Below, piece by piece: positions 1-8,894 of a stretch of 64,000 nt of DNA. Origin of the DNA: Dehalococcoidia bacterium. GTDB lineage: Bacteria; Chloroflexota; Dehalococcoidia; Plut-88900. Position numbers and translations under genes: made by a program. The notes below the pieces were generated by a model that did no database searches, had not been told where the DNA came from, and was given only the letters and a program-made list of their open reading frames with translations. The stretch is taken from assembly GCA_965249275.1 (NCBI GenBank), contig CBDFLQ010000005.1, positions 323,030-387,029 of the forward strand, read 5' to 3'. The first letter of the stretch is position 1, and the number at the start of each line of letters is the position of its first letter.

Positions 1-277
1 CGGGTAGGGGATAGGCGAACGTGACGGAATGGCATTACGGGACCGCCCCCGCTCGACCCTTCGACTAAGCTCAGGATGAGCGCCCCTCACCGGGGAAGGG
101 CAATTGGGTGGACGGCTAGAAAGTCCATGGTGTATGGGTCGGTGCTTGAGATTCCTCGCGGGGCCCCGGAATGGTGGGGGGTGAGGTAGGGTAGAGCGGA
201 GGCTGTGCCCACCCGCGCCACGACATAGCCCTATGCCGTTGACACTTAGTTCACACAGTTCCGGACACTATGGACGC

Positions 278-1273
278 CTAGCACCACGGAAACTCACCAT
301 CCCTATTATTTGCCCTACTTCTCAAACTGTTCGGTATGCAGCCACTCAAGTCATTGTCGCTGAGGTCCAGCCATTTCAGGTTGGCGAGGTTGCCCAACTC
401 CGCCGGTATCTCTCCACTCAATTCATTGTTGCTGAGGCCCACATACTCCAGGTTGGCGAGGTCACCCAACTCCGCCGGTATCTCTCCACTCAATTCGTTG
501 TTTCCGAGTAATAGCCTTTCCAGGTTGGCAAGGTTGCCCAACTCCGGGGGTATTTCGCCATTCAAGTCATTGCCACCTAGGTTTAGCGATTCCAGGTTGC
601 TCAGGTTGCCCAACTCCGCCGGTATCTCTCGATTTATATAGTTGCCACTGAGGTACAGCCATTCCAGGTTGCTCAGGTTGCCCAACTCCGGGGGTATTTC
701 GCCATTCAAGTCATTGTCTCCGAGGTTCAGCTTTACCAGGTTGGCGAGGTTGCCTAACTCCGGGGGTATCTCTCCACTCAATCCAGTCTTACTGAGGTTC
801 AGACTTTCCAGGTTGGCGAGGTTGCCCAACTCTGCCGGAATCTCTCCACTCAATTTATTCAAGCTGAGGTCCAGCAATTTCAGGTTGGCGAGGTTGCCCA
901 ACTCCGGGGGTATCTCTCCACTCAATCTATTCTCATCGAAGTCAAATACTCCTCCACCGAGATCCAGTACTTCCAGGCTGGTAAGGTCACCCAACTCCGG
1001 CGGTATCTCCCCGACCAACTCGTTCTCGGCAAGGAGCAGTTCTGTAACACGGCCTTCCTCATTAGTGGATACGTTGGACCATTTGTGCAGCGGCGCATCA
1101 GTCAGCCAGTATTCTTTGTCTGCCCAGTACTCGCCGGTGGTGGCATGGAAGAGCGCAACTAGCGCTTCTCTATCAGGTTCATCGGGGCCACATGCCGATA
1201 GCGCCGCCATGATAATCAGCCCAAGTAGGCAACAAAGGAGGCCGGTCAGCCATCTTTTCGGTTGCAACTTCAT
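278..1273 (-). CDS. Leucine-rich-repeat lipoprotein (plant-type 24-residue LRRs, eukaryote-like)
   Basis: 331-aa ORF. The signal peptide ends in a lipobox-like LSAC. An LRRNT-like cap (EALVALFHATTGEYW...HKW) is followed by ~10 repeats of LxxLxLxxNxLSGEIPxELGNLxNL. The C-terminus is Cys-containing (GCIP...C). The + strand ORFs across this region are repeat artefacts. Confidence 0.85.
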   Translation of the reverse strand: MKLQPKRWLTGLLCCLLGLIIMAALSACGPDEPDREALVALFHATTGEYWADKEYWLTDAPLHKWSNVSTNEEGRVTELLLAENELVGEIPPELGDLTSLEVLDLGGGVFDFDENRLSGEIPPELGNLANLKLLDLSLNKLSGEIPAELGNLANLESLNLSKTGLSGEIPPELGNLANLVKLNLGDNDLNGEIPPELGNLSNLEWLYLSGNYINREIPAELGNLSNLESLNLGGNDLNGEIPPELGNLANLERLLLGNNELSGEIPAELGDLANLEYVGLSNNELSGEIPAELGNLANLKWLDLSDNDLSGCIPNSLRSRANNRDGEFPWC

Positions 1274-1616
1274 GGTTCCGCCTACGCCGTCTTATGCCCA
1301 ATTCCTGTGATCATTGTACATACCGTCGGTGACATACGCCCCTTGCACCCCCACCCCCGAAATTCCCACCCTTGCCACCATCATTATTCCTTTAGCAGGA
1401 ATGCATCCCCTCCCCCGTAGGTTCAATCCCTCGTGGAGATGGGATCACGACTCGGCTAGGGCGATTCGGGTGCTCCAGCCGGCGCCTCGCACTCCTCCGA
1501 GGCCACCCCCACCCCGGCTGGCACGAAGATTGCCGCAGAGACATCCGGAAACTCCTTCAAATGCACCCCTTCGCCCTCGGTATATCAGCCAGGTTGGGTT
1601 CCGCGATTAGCAGATC

Positions 1617-2465
1617 TTAGCACCGCGGTAACTCACCGCCAATCCATGCCTTACCTATCAAACTGCGTGGTATACAGCCACTCAGTTTGTTGCCTGCGAG
1701 GCCCACATCCTCCAGGTTGGCGAGGTCACCCAGCTCCCGCGGTATCTCCCCACTCAATTCATTGTTGCTGAGGCCCAGCGATTTCAGGTTGGCAAGGTCA
1801 CCCAACTCCGCCGGTATCTCGCCACTCAAATTATTGGACCTGAGATCTAACCTGACCATGCTGATCATATTGCCCAACTCTCGCGGTATCTCTCCACTCA
1901 ATTCATTGTGGCTAAGGAACAGCCGGCCCAGGTTGACAAGATCGCCCAATTCCGCCGGTAACTCTCCACTCAATTCATTTTGCTCAAGAACCAAGTCCTG
2001 CAGGTGGAAGAGGTTTCTCAACGCTGCCGGTATCTCCCCGCTCAAGTTATTGTCATGGAGAGTCAGAAATTTCATTTTGATCGGGTTTCCCAACTCCGCC
2101 GGTATCTCTCCACTCAATTCATTCTCACTGAGGTCCAGCCAGAACAGTTTGGTCAGATTGCCCAGCTCCGGCGGTATCTCCCCACTCAATCCATTCCTCC
2201 TGATGTGCAGTTGTGAAACACGGCCTTCCTTAGTAGTTACGCCGTACCATTCGCCTATCGGCGCATCGCTCAGCCAGTTTTCATTGTTACGCCAGCTCGG
2301 GCCATCCGTTGCGTTGTACAGTGCAACTAGCGCTTCTCTATCCGTTTCGGGCGACGTGGTCGCTGTCGGTCGCGTGTCGGAGCCACAGGCGGTCAGAAGA
2401 CCCACTAGCACCAAGCCAACTAGCAAGAAACGCAAATGAACTAGAACCATGTACACATGAGTCAT
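1617..2465 (-). CDS. Leucine-rich-repeat lipoprotein, paralog of 278..1273
   Basis: 282-aa ORF. Signal peptide with LTAC lipobox, DREALVALYNATDGPSW cap, ~8 LSGEIPxELG repeats and the same GCIP...C tail. The real start may be the internal Met 5 codons downstream. Confidence 0.85.
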   Translation of the reverse strand: MTHVYMVLVHLRFLLVGLVLVGLLTACGSDTRPTATTSPETDREALVALYNATDGPSWRNNENWLSDAPIGEWYGVTTKEGRVSQLHIRRNGLSGEIPPELGNLTKLFWLDLSENELSGEIPAELGNPIKMKFLTLHDNNLSGEIPAALRNLFHLQDLVLEQNELSGELPAELGDLVNLGRLFLSHNELSGEIPRELGNMISMVRLDLRSNNLSGEIPAELGDLANLKSLGLSNNELSGEIPRELGDLANLEDVGLAGNKLSGCIPRSLIGKAWIGGELPRC

Positions 2466-2614
2466 TATAAACCCCCTCCCCCCATAGTCGGGCCAACTGC
2501 TCCATGAATCGGCGGGCCGGTTATACGTGGAGTTTGGGCGTTTTGGTACAATACCTTCGTGCTTACTGATTAGCCCATCTTGATTCTCACGCCTTATCTC
2601 CCGGAGACCGACCC

Positions 2615-3205
2615 ATGGACAGGATTCCCAGCGCCCTTGAGAGGGCCCTCGAAAGAGTAGAAAAGCTCGGCAGGGCTTCTGCTGAAGACCTTGAAAGGTC
2701 CCGGCTTGTAGAAGAGGGTCAGAAGCTGGCTGCTCTGTACCTGAACGGCGAGGCCAACCTGCGGACCGAGTTGAACAAGTACGAGGATAGCCCCGAGCGG
2801 GCAGGCCTGGCAGAAGGGATTGAGGAAGTCCTGATTCGAAATCTCGCCCTGCCCACCACAGACGCCGCTAAGGACCGCAACAAGCTAGCCATGGACGGAC
2901 TCAAGATGACCAAAAAGGACCCGGGCGCGGTGGAGAACATATTCAGCAAGATGCGGCAGATATTCAACCACTACACGGGGCAAGGGGAGATGCAGCGCAA
3001 AGAGGCCCAGGAAAACCTGAAGCGGGATATGCAAATGCGGCTGTCCCAGATGGCCCGACAGCAGGGCATGCCCCCAATCGACCTGCAGCACATCGAGAGA
3101 CACCCGCAATTTCAGATGGAGTGGCGCAAGGCCCGGGCTCAAATGGAGGCCCAGTACGACCTATACATGAAGGAGTACAAGGAGCAACTCTCGGCGCTGG
3201 CCTAG
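2615..3205 (+). CDS. Hypothetical protein (charged, probably helical/coiled)
   Basis: 196-aa ORF with coding-like composition. I recognise no motif. Tightly followed by 3221..3922. Confidence 0.6.
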   Translation: MDRIPSALERALERVEKLGRASAEDLERSRLVEEGQKLAALYLNGEANLRTELNKYEDSPERAGLAEGIEEVLIRNLALPTTDAAKDRNKLAMDGLKMTKKDPGAVENIFSKMRQIFNHYTGQGEMQRKEAQENLKRDMQMRLSQMARQQGMPPIDLQHIERHPQFQMEWRKARAQMEAQYDLYMKEYKEQLSALA

Positions 3206-3220
3206 CTCCGATACCCGGCC

Positions 3221-3922
3221 ATGGACGCAGACTTCGACCCCAAGGACGACCGCATCGGATACGCCATCGAGAACACGCACTTCCTGCGCGTCCCGCGGCA
3301 GCACCTCTCCACATTCGGGACCACCAACGTGCGCTACTTCCTGCTGACCACGCCCGCCTACTCGGGGGTCGTGCAGTCTTCCGAGGACACCGTGATCCGG
3401 GAAGGGCGCGTAATCTCGGAGCAGCCGAGGGTGGTAACTCCGGGGTACATGCTAAACCTGCAGGGATTCGGGGACGGGGCTCGGGACTATTTCGAGCGCC
3501 TGATCAACGAGCAGGGGCCCAACGTGCCCGGCATCCTCTACCACTACCGCAACGAGCAGGAGAACCTGAACATCGTCAGCGGCACCGTGTTGTCGGTAAT
3601 GGACAGGATCGAGAAGGACGTGGGGGACGACCCGCTGGTCGGGATCATTCGTGGCATAGACGAGATGTGGGACGTATCGCTGTTGAAGTTCATCCACGAC
3701 CTCACATCCCGCTCGCTGGAGGGCAACGTACGTGAGCTGCAGGGGTCTGGGCTGCTGGGTGTTGACTCCTCGGGGGCGACCGGGGACGCTCGACGGCGCA
3801 TCGAGGATATGTTCATGCGGGTTGCCAAAAAGTCGGCCGACCCCGACGATCTGCGCCGGGAGCTAGAACGCTGGGGCCTCTTCTCCGAGTACGAAGACCG
3901 CTTCCTCAGGATGTTCAGGTAA
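3221..3922 (+). CDS. Hypothetical protein
   Basis: 233-aa ORF starting 16 nt after the previous stop, so probably an operon. No recognisable motif. Confidence 0.6.
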   Translation: MDADFDPKDDRIGYAIENTHFLRVPRQHLSTFGTTNVRYFLLTTPAYSGVVQSSEDTVIREGRVISEQPRVVTPGYMLNLQGFGDGARDYFERLINEQGPNVPGILYHYRNEQENLNIVSGTVLSVMDRIEKDVGDDPLVGIIRGIDEMWDVSLLKFIHDLTSRSLEGNVRELQGSGLLGVDSSGATGDARRRIEDMFMRVAKKSADPDDLRRELERWGLFSEYEDRFLRMFR

Positions 3923-3927
3923 GCCGG

Positions 3928-4242
3928 TCAGCCAGCCTTCTTACACAGCTCGCAGCCGCACAGCGATCTTAGCAACGCGAAAGAGTAGATTCCCGTTTCG
4001 TGGGCATCACTCCAGAGGAGTTGGACGGCGTAGCGCCCGATCTCGATGAAGTCCAGGATTTCGATGTCAGAGGACACCGAGTCGGGGTCAAGGATTCGGC
4101 GACCCGACCACTCGTCGATGCAGTTGGCGCACTTGCACTCTTCCCGGAGCCCTTTGAAAGGGTACACGCTCCTGTGCTCCTCGTCCCACTGCACCGCCAA
4201 ACCCTCTCCCGTGAGTTCAATTAATCTTGGCTCTTCTATCAT
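3928..4242 (-). CDS. DUF971 (gamma-butyrobetaine hydroxylase-like N-terminal) domain protein
   Basis: 104 aa. The pattern L.V.W.D.H.S.Y....LR..C.CA.C and the C-terminal CxxC are typical of DUF971. Overlaps the upstream SDR stop by 4 nt. Confidence 0.7.
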   Translation of the reverse strand: MIEEPRLIELTGEGLAVQWDEEHRSVYPFKGLREECKCANCIDEWSGRRILDPDSVSSDIEILDFIEIGRYAVQLLWSDAHETGIYSFALLRSLCGCELCKKAG

Positions 4243-5000
4243 TGAGAATTGTACCCTCCGTCTATTAGAAAGCTGGCTCCGGCCACGTATTCAGCATCGT
4301 CGGAGGCTAGGTAAAGGGCGAGCTTGGCGACGTCCTCGGGCACACCCATCCGGCCCACGGGTATGCCATCTGCGTATTTGGCAGCGATGGCTGGGGAACG
4401 AGAGACGCGTCGGGAGCCGGGGGTGTCGATCACACCGGGGACGATGCAGTTAACACGTATCCCACGCTCGCAATACTGGCTACTAGCGGTTTTGGTCAGC
4501 TGGACTATGCCAGCCTTGGTGACTGAGTAGGGCAAAGAGAAGGTGCTCCCCCGGAGCACGACTGCCGATGAGATGTTGATGATGGCCCCACCGCCGCCTT
4601 TCAGCATGGCGGGTATGGCGTACTTGCAACTTAGGAAAGGCCCCTTCAGAAACAACCCCAGTCCCGAGTCCCACTCCTCTTCAGTTACCTCGGCGACGGG
4701 GCCGGTCTCAGTTTGGCATGCAGCGCCGTTCACCAGGATATCGAGGCTGCCGTGCCGGGCCAGGGTGTCATCCATGAGGGTCTTCACCTGTGCTGAGTCG
4801 GTGACATCAACGCGGCGGAACTCGGAGCCTGCCCCCATCTCCTTAGCCTCGGTCACCGCTTGCTCCCCACCTGCTTCGTCTACGTCGGCGATTATGGTAA
4901 ATGCGCCTTCCTCGGCAAAGAGGAGAGCCGTGGCTCGGCTGATGCCCGATGCCGCACCCGTGACTATGGCCACCTTCCCAGCAAGCTTGCCGTTCATCAT
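4239..5000 (-). CDS. Short-chain dehydrogenase/reductase (FabG-like SDR)
   Basis: 253 aa. TGAASGIS Rossmann motif, a NISS-type motif, and YSVTKAG (the YxxxK catalytic motif). Confidence 0.9.
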   Translation of the reverse strand: MMNGKLAGKVAIVTGAASGISRATALLFAEEGAFTIIADVDEAGGEQAVTEAKEMGAGSEFRRVDVTDSAQVKTLMDDTLARHGSLDILVNGAACQTETGPVAEVTEEEWDSGLGLFLKGPFLSCKYAIPAMLKGGGGAIINISSAVVLRGSTFSLPYSVTKAGIVQLTKTASSQYCERGIRVNCIVPGVIDTPGSRRVSRSPAIAAKYADGIPVGRMGVPEDVAKLALYLASDDAEYVAGASFLIDGGYNSQ

Positions 5001-6239
5001 CTATCGCAGGTAGCCGAGGGCTGCGAGGGCGTAGATCTTCGCCGAGCTGATAAGGTCGTCCACCGGGACCCGCTCGTTGGGACCGTGGGCCATGCTGAGG
5101 AGGCCCGGGCCGAAGGCAGAGATGGTCGGGGTTCGGGCGATGGTCTGGAAGTAGGGTGCATCCGTGCCGCCTGTGAAGCCACCTATTTGCGGCTTGAACC
5201 CGAGCACCCGGTCTGTGGCATCGAGTATCGAGTCCACCAGAGGGTGATTAGCCGGTATCTCTGCCCCGTCAATCCAGCCCTGGCCATCGGCGAGGACCAT
5301 CTCGACGTCGAGGTCGGGATCTTCCTTGCGGAGCTTGTCCAGGAAGCCGTTGAGGTCTTCCATCACCGTGTCACGGGTCATGCCGGGGAGGAGCCGGATG
5401 TCGTTCTTCGCCTCCATGTAGCCGGGGATGATGCAGTAGTTGACGCCGCCGTTCATAGTCTCGGCGAGGTTAATGGTGATTCCCTGGGGGTAGAGGGGGT
5501 GGGGTTCGTGTCGGATGACCAACTCCTCCGACATCCGGTAGAGCACCTTTGCCAGTTTAACCCCTGCATTCACGCCGTTCCTGATGTCAGACTGGCTGCT
5601 GTGCATCTGGGTGCCCTTCACCATCAACGTGAAGCAAATCGCACCCCGGCAGGCGGTGGCCAGGAAATCGAGGCCCGACTCCATTCCAGACGGCTCACCG
5701 ATGAGGCAGGCGTCGGCCTCCGCCAAGCCCTCGCGGGCCATGTACTCGGCGCCGTAGTGACCGCCGTTCTCCTCGTCGGAGGTGAAGGCCAGGACCAGCT
5801 CCCCATTGAAGGGAGCTCCCGTCTCCTTGATGGCGATGGCCCCGTACAGCATGGCGGCTATGGGGCCCTTCATGTCGGCCGCTCCTCGGCCGTAGAGTTC
5901 ACCGTCGATGATCTCTGCGCCGTAGGGGTCGGCGCGCCAATGGGAGCGCTCATCCTCTCCGACCGGTACGACGTCGGTGTGGCCGTTGTAGATGAGTCTC
6001 TTGCCGGACCCCTGGCCCTTCAGGGTGGTAATGACACTGGGCCGCTCCGGGTCGGAGGCAATGGTTATCGTGTCTCCCAGCGAATAGCGGTCTATGACCT
6101 GTTTCAGTGCCTCCGCGACTTCCCTCTCGCCGCCCGGGGGGTTCTCCGAGGGTCGCTGCAGGAGGGCCTGGGCCAGCCCAACGAGCTCGTCACGCCTGGC
6201 GTCGATGGCATCCAGAATCCGGGACTCGTTCATCGTCAT
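5001..6239 (-). CDS. M20 family metallopeptidase (ArgE/DapE-like deacylase)
   Basis: 412 aa. HTDVVPVG and GRGAADMKG motifs. The long + strand ORF 4860..6299 is its antisense shadow. Confidence 0.85.
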   Translation of the reverse strand: MTMNESRILDAIDARRDELVGLAQALLQRPSENPPGGEREVAEALKQVIDRYSLGDTITIASDPERPSVITTLKGQGSGKRLIYNGHTDVVPVGEDERSHWRADPYGAEIIDGELYGRGAADMKGPIAAMLYGAIAIKETGAPFNGELVLAFTSDEENGGHYGAEYMAREGLAEADACLIGEPSGMESGLDFLATACRGAICFTLMVKGTQMHSSQSDIRNGVNAGVKLAKVLYRMSEELVIRHEPHPLYPQGITINLAETMNGGVNYCIIPGYMEAKNDIRLLPGMTRDTVMEDLNGFLDKLRKEDPDLDVEMVLADGQGWIDGAEIPANHPLVDSILDATDRVLGFKPQIGGFTGGTDAPYFQTIARTPTISAFGPGLLSMAHGPNERVPVDDLISSAKIYALAALGYLR

Positions 6240-6718
6240 CCCTCCTTGAAAGGTTGTTTGGGGTTCGGGGCTTGGGGGAGAGTATATATCAGGCGGTAAA
6301 TCTTATGATTATCTCTGAATGTTTCTGATTGCTTCCGTGGCTGTTTGATTGATCCGGGGAGAATGTTCCCGCGGGCCTCGGGGGGATGAGCGTCGGGAAA
6401 AGGCGGGAATGCGTTGAAAGGCATAGGGCATTATAGGGAGGTGGGGTGGGGGTGGGGCAAGGGGTTCATGTCACTCGCCGAGGCGAGTCTTCGACTCTCC
6501 TCAGCGAGCCTACGGCCCCATCCCCTTTCACGCGGGAGGGGACACCCCCCGCTTGACCCTTCGAGTGCGTCAGGGTGAGCGGCCCCTCCCTGGGATTCAC
6601 ACCATGTCATACCTGCGGTTCTAAAGTCACAAACGAAGTGCACCACCTGATGAGGGTGCGTCGTGGGAAGAGGTGTTGGGGGTGGATAGGCCGTACTTCG
6701 TGAGCGCGCAAGTCCTAG

Positions 6719-7914
6719 GAAACCTCTGAACAAGTCTAAGGGCATAGGTAATAGGTAAGATAGGGAGAGTAAGGCCAAAGCTGAGGTGAGATTTGATGGA
6801 GCAGCCGACATTTGCAGACTTGGAATACGAGGGCAAGAAGCGAAAGACCCGCCGGGAGATATTTCTGGAGCGGATGGAGGACCTGGTTCCATGGGGAAAG
6901 TTAGAGGAGCGAATCCGGCCCTACTATTCCAGGGCGGGCCGTGGACGGAGGCCCTACGAGTTGTCGGTGATGCTGCGGATACACTGCGTGCAGCTGTTCT
7001 ACAACCTGAGCGATCCGGGCATGGAGGACATGCTCTACGAGGTGGAGTCGGTGAGGCGGTTCGCAGGTCTGAGGCTGTCCGGCCCCTTGCCTGACGAGAC
7101 TACGATACTGAACTTCCGCCATCTGCTGGAAGAGCAGGAGTTGGGTCGGGGGCTGTTCGAGGAGATCAACCGTCATCTGGAGTCTCGGGGACTGAGGCTC
7201 AGGGAGGGTACGATTGTGGATGCGAGCATCATCGAGGCGCCGGCGTCTACGAAGAACCGTGCTGGAGAGCGAGACCCCGATATGCACCAAGTGAAGAAGG
7301 GGAAGGAGTGGCACTTCGGTATGAAAGTGCACATTGGTGCAGACGCTGACACGGGGGTGGTGCACAGTATGAGTACGACAGCTGCGAACGTGCATGACGT
7401 GACGGAGGCGCACCGGCTGCTGCATGGAGGGGAGAGGCGAGTGTGGGGAGATGCGGGATATCAGGGAGTGGAGAAGCGGGCGGAGAATCGGGATATGGAT
7501 GTGGAGTGGCGGGTGGCGATGAGACCTGGACGGCGTCGGAAACTGAGGGCGGGGAGCTGCGAGGCCTTAGCGGAGAAGAGCAAATCATCCATCAGGGCTA
7601 AGGTGGAGCATCCGTTCCTGTACGTGAAACGGCACTTCGGCTACGCCAAGGTCCGCTACAGGGGCTTGTACAAGAACACGCAACGGGTGGCGATGCTGCT
7701 GGGGCTGGCCAACTTGGTAAGGGCCGAGCGCCACTTAGCGGTGTGACGGAGGAGCAGTGTGGTCAAATCCGGGTCGATGGTGACTGGATGCCCTGACAGG
7801 CCAGAACATAGGATGCAAATAAGCCACCGAGACGCAACATTACGACCCAACCTCTCCCCAAAACTCCATGCAAGACAACCTAAGCTGGTTTACAGTGAGT
7901 TGTTCAGAGCTTCC
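6719..7914 (+). mobile_element. IS5-family insertion sequence, copy 1 (1196 bp)
   Basis: Imperfect terminal IRs GGAAACCTCTGAACAAGTC / GGAAGCTCTGAACAACTC. Flanked by CTAG at 6715-6718 and 7915-7918. As far as compared, identical to the copy at 16952..18147. Confidence 0.9.
6793..7746 (+). CDS. IS5-family DDE transposase
   Basis: 317 aa. N-terminus QPTFADLEYEGKKRKTRREIFL...RPYELSVMLRIHCVQLFYNLSD closely parallels the E. coli IS5 transposase. Confidence 0.95.
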   Translation: MMEQPTFADLEYEGKKRKTRREIFLERMEDLVPWGKLEERIRPYYSRAGRGRRPYELSVMLRIHCVQLFYNLSDPGMEDMLYEVESVRRFAGLRLSGPLPDETTILNFRHLLEEQELGRGLFEEINRHLESRGLRLREGTIVDASIIEAPASTKNRAGERDPDMHQVKKGKEWHFGMKVHIGADADTGVVHSMSTTAANVHDVTEAHRLLHGGERRVWGDAGYQGVEKRAENRDMDVEWRVAMRPGRRRKLRAGSCEALAEKSKSSIRAKVEHPFLYVKRHFGYAKVRYRGLYKNTQRVAMLLGLANLVRAERHLAV

Positions 7915-7999
7915 CTAGATTCCTCGCGGAGCCGCGGAATGACACGGGGGGGGCAGGGGAGATGGGTGGGGACGGGGGCGGATGTGAGAAAATGCATAT

Positions 8000-8617
8000 G
8001 TGAACGAGATGGATATAGACGTTCCCCGACCAGCGCCGGAGGACGGAAGGAACTTCTTGCGGGCGCGATGGAAGATTATTGTGCCGCTGCTTCTCTTATT
8101 TGCCGGGTTGGTGGCGGTGTTGGTGTGGGGGGCGCTGGACAAGGACTCGGCCACGGGGGGGAGCGGGGCGACCAGGCCGGGCAAGGAGGCTCCCGCATTC
8201 TCGTTGGAATCATTCTCTGATGGGATGGTGTCGCTGGCCGATTTCGAAGGGCAGCCGGTGATCATCAACTTCTGGGCGTCGTGGTGTGCACCGTGTCGAC
8301 AGGAAATGCCGGCACTGGAGGCGACCTGGCAGCTGTTCCGAGAGCGGGACTTGGTCATTGTGGGTATCAATTTGCCTAAAAGTGACCCCGAGGAAAGCGC
8401 CCGAGCATTTCTGGACGAGTTCGGCATAAGTTATCCAAACGTCTTCGACACGAGAGGGTTTACGGCTATCGACTACGGGGTGTCGGGGATACCGGTTACA
8501 TTCTTCGTGGACAGGGAGGGTGTCGTGACCCGGAGGTTTGTGGGGACGCTTACTGAGGGTTCGTTGATGGTGTGGGCGGAAGAGTTGGTGGGGGGTGGGG
8601 AACCCTCACCCCCTTAG
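8000..8617 (+). CDS. TlpA/ResA-like membrane-anchored thiol:disulfide oxidoreductase
   Basis: 205 aa. One N-terminal TM helix and a thioredoxin-fold WASWCAPC active site. GTG start at 8000, or ATG at 8009. Confidence 0.85.
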   Translation: MNEMDIDVPRPAPEDGRNFLRARWKIIVPLLLLFAGLVAVLVWGALDKDSATGGSGATRPGKEAPAFSLESFSDGMVSLADFEGQPVIINFWASWCAPCRQEMPALEATWQLFRERDLVIVGINLPKSDPEESARAFLDEFGISYPNVFDTRGFTAIDYGVSGIPVTFFVDREGVVTRRFVGTLTEGSLMVWAEELVGGGEPSPP

Positions 8618-8713
8618 TCCCCCTCTCCCTTAGGGCCTTCAAGGGAGAGGGGGAGAAAAGAATAGGGGCACCCATCTGCGCAAAGCGCAGATGGGTGCCC
8701 CTAATTCGATACC
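8598..8713. repeat. Two-hairpin interspersed element (family D), possible intrinsic terminator
   Basis: Hairpin 1 is CCCCCTCTCCCTT...AAGGGAGAGGGGG. Hairpin 2 is a perfect 18-bp stem (8664-8681 / 8685-8702). The conserved tail is CTAATTCGATACC. Overlaps the last ~20 nt of the TlpA-like gene and extends past its stop. Confidence 0.7.
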
Positions 8714-8894
8714 TGGAAACCACATCCAGAATCCACTTGACCCTTCGACTGTGCTCAGGGTGTGTGGCCCCGCCTCCCCAGGGGTGGGATAGGACCCGAC
8801 ACCACTCCGTCCCTGGATTCCTGATTTCTACAGGAATGACGAATAAGGGCGAGTTTGAACAGGGGGTCGGGGGAGATATAGAATAGGGCTAGTC

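Noticed and set aside
233-2439. Plus-strand ORFs with repeated RLARLPNSGGISPLN peptides (336..641, 642..1310, 1687..2439)
   Set aside because: They are the reverse complement of the LRR repeats. The minus-strand products have signal peptides and canonical LRR consensus, so the + strand ORFs are artefacts of repeat periodicity.
4860-6299. 479-aa plus-strand ORF
   Set aside because: Antisense shadow of the M20 peptidase and SDR genes. The opposite-strand proteins have clear catalytic motifs and this one has none.
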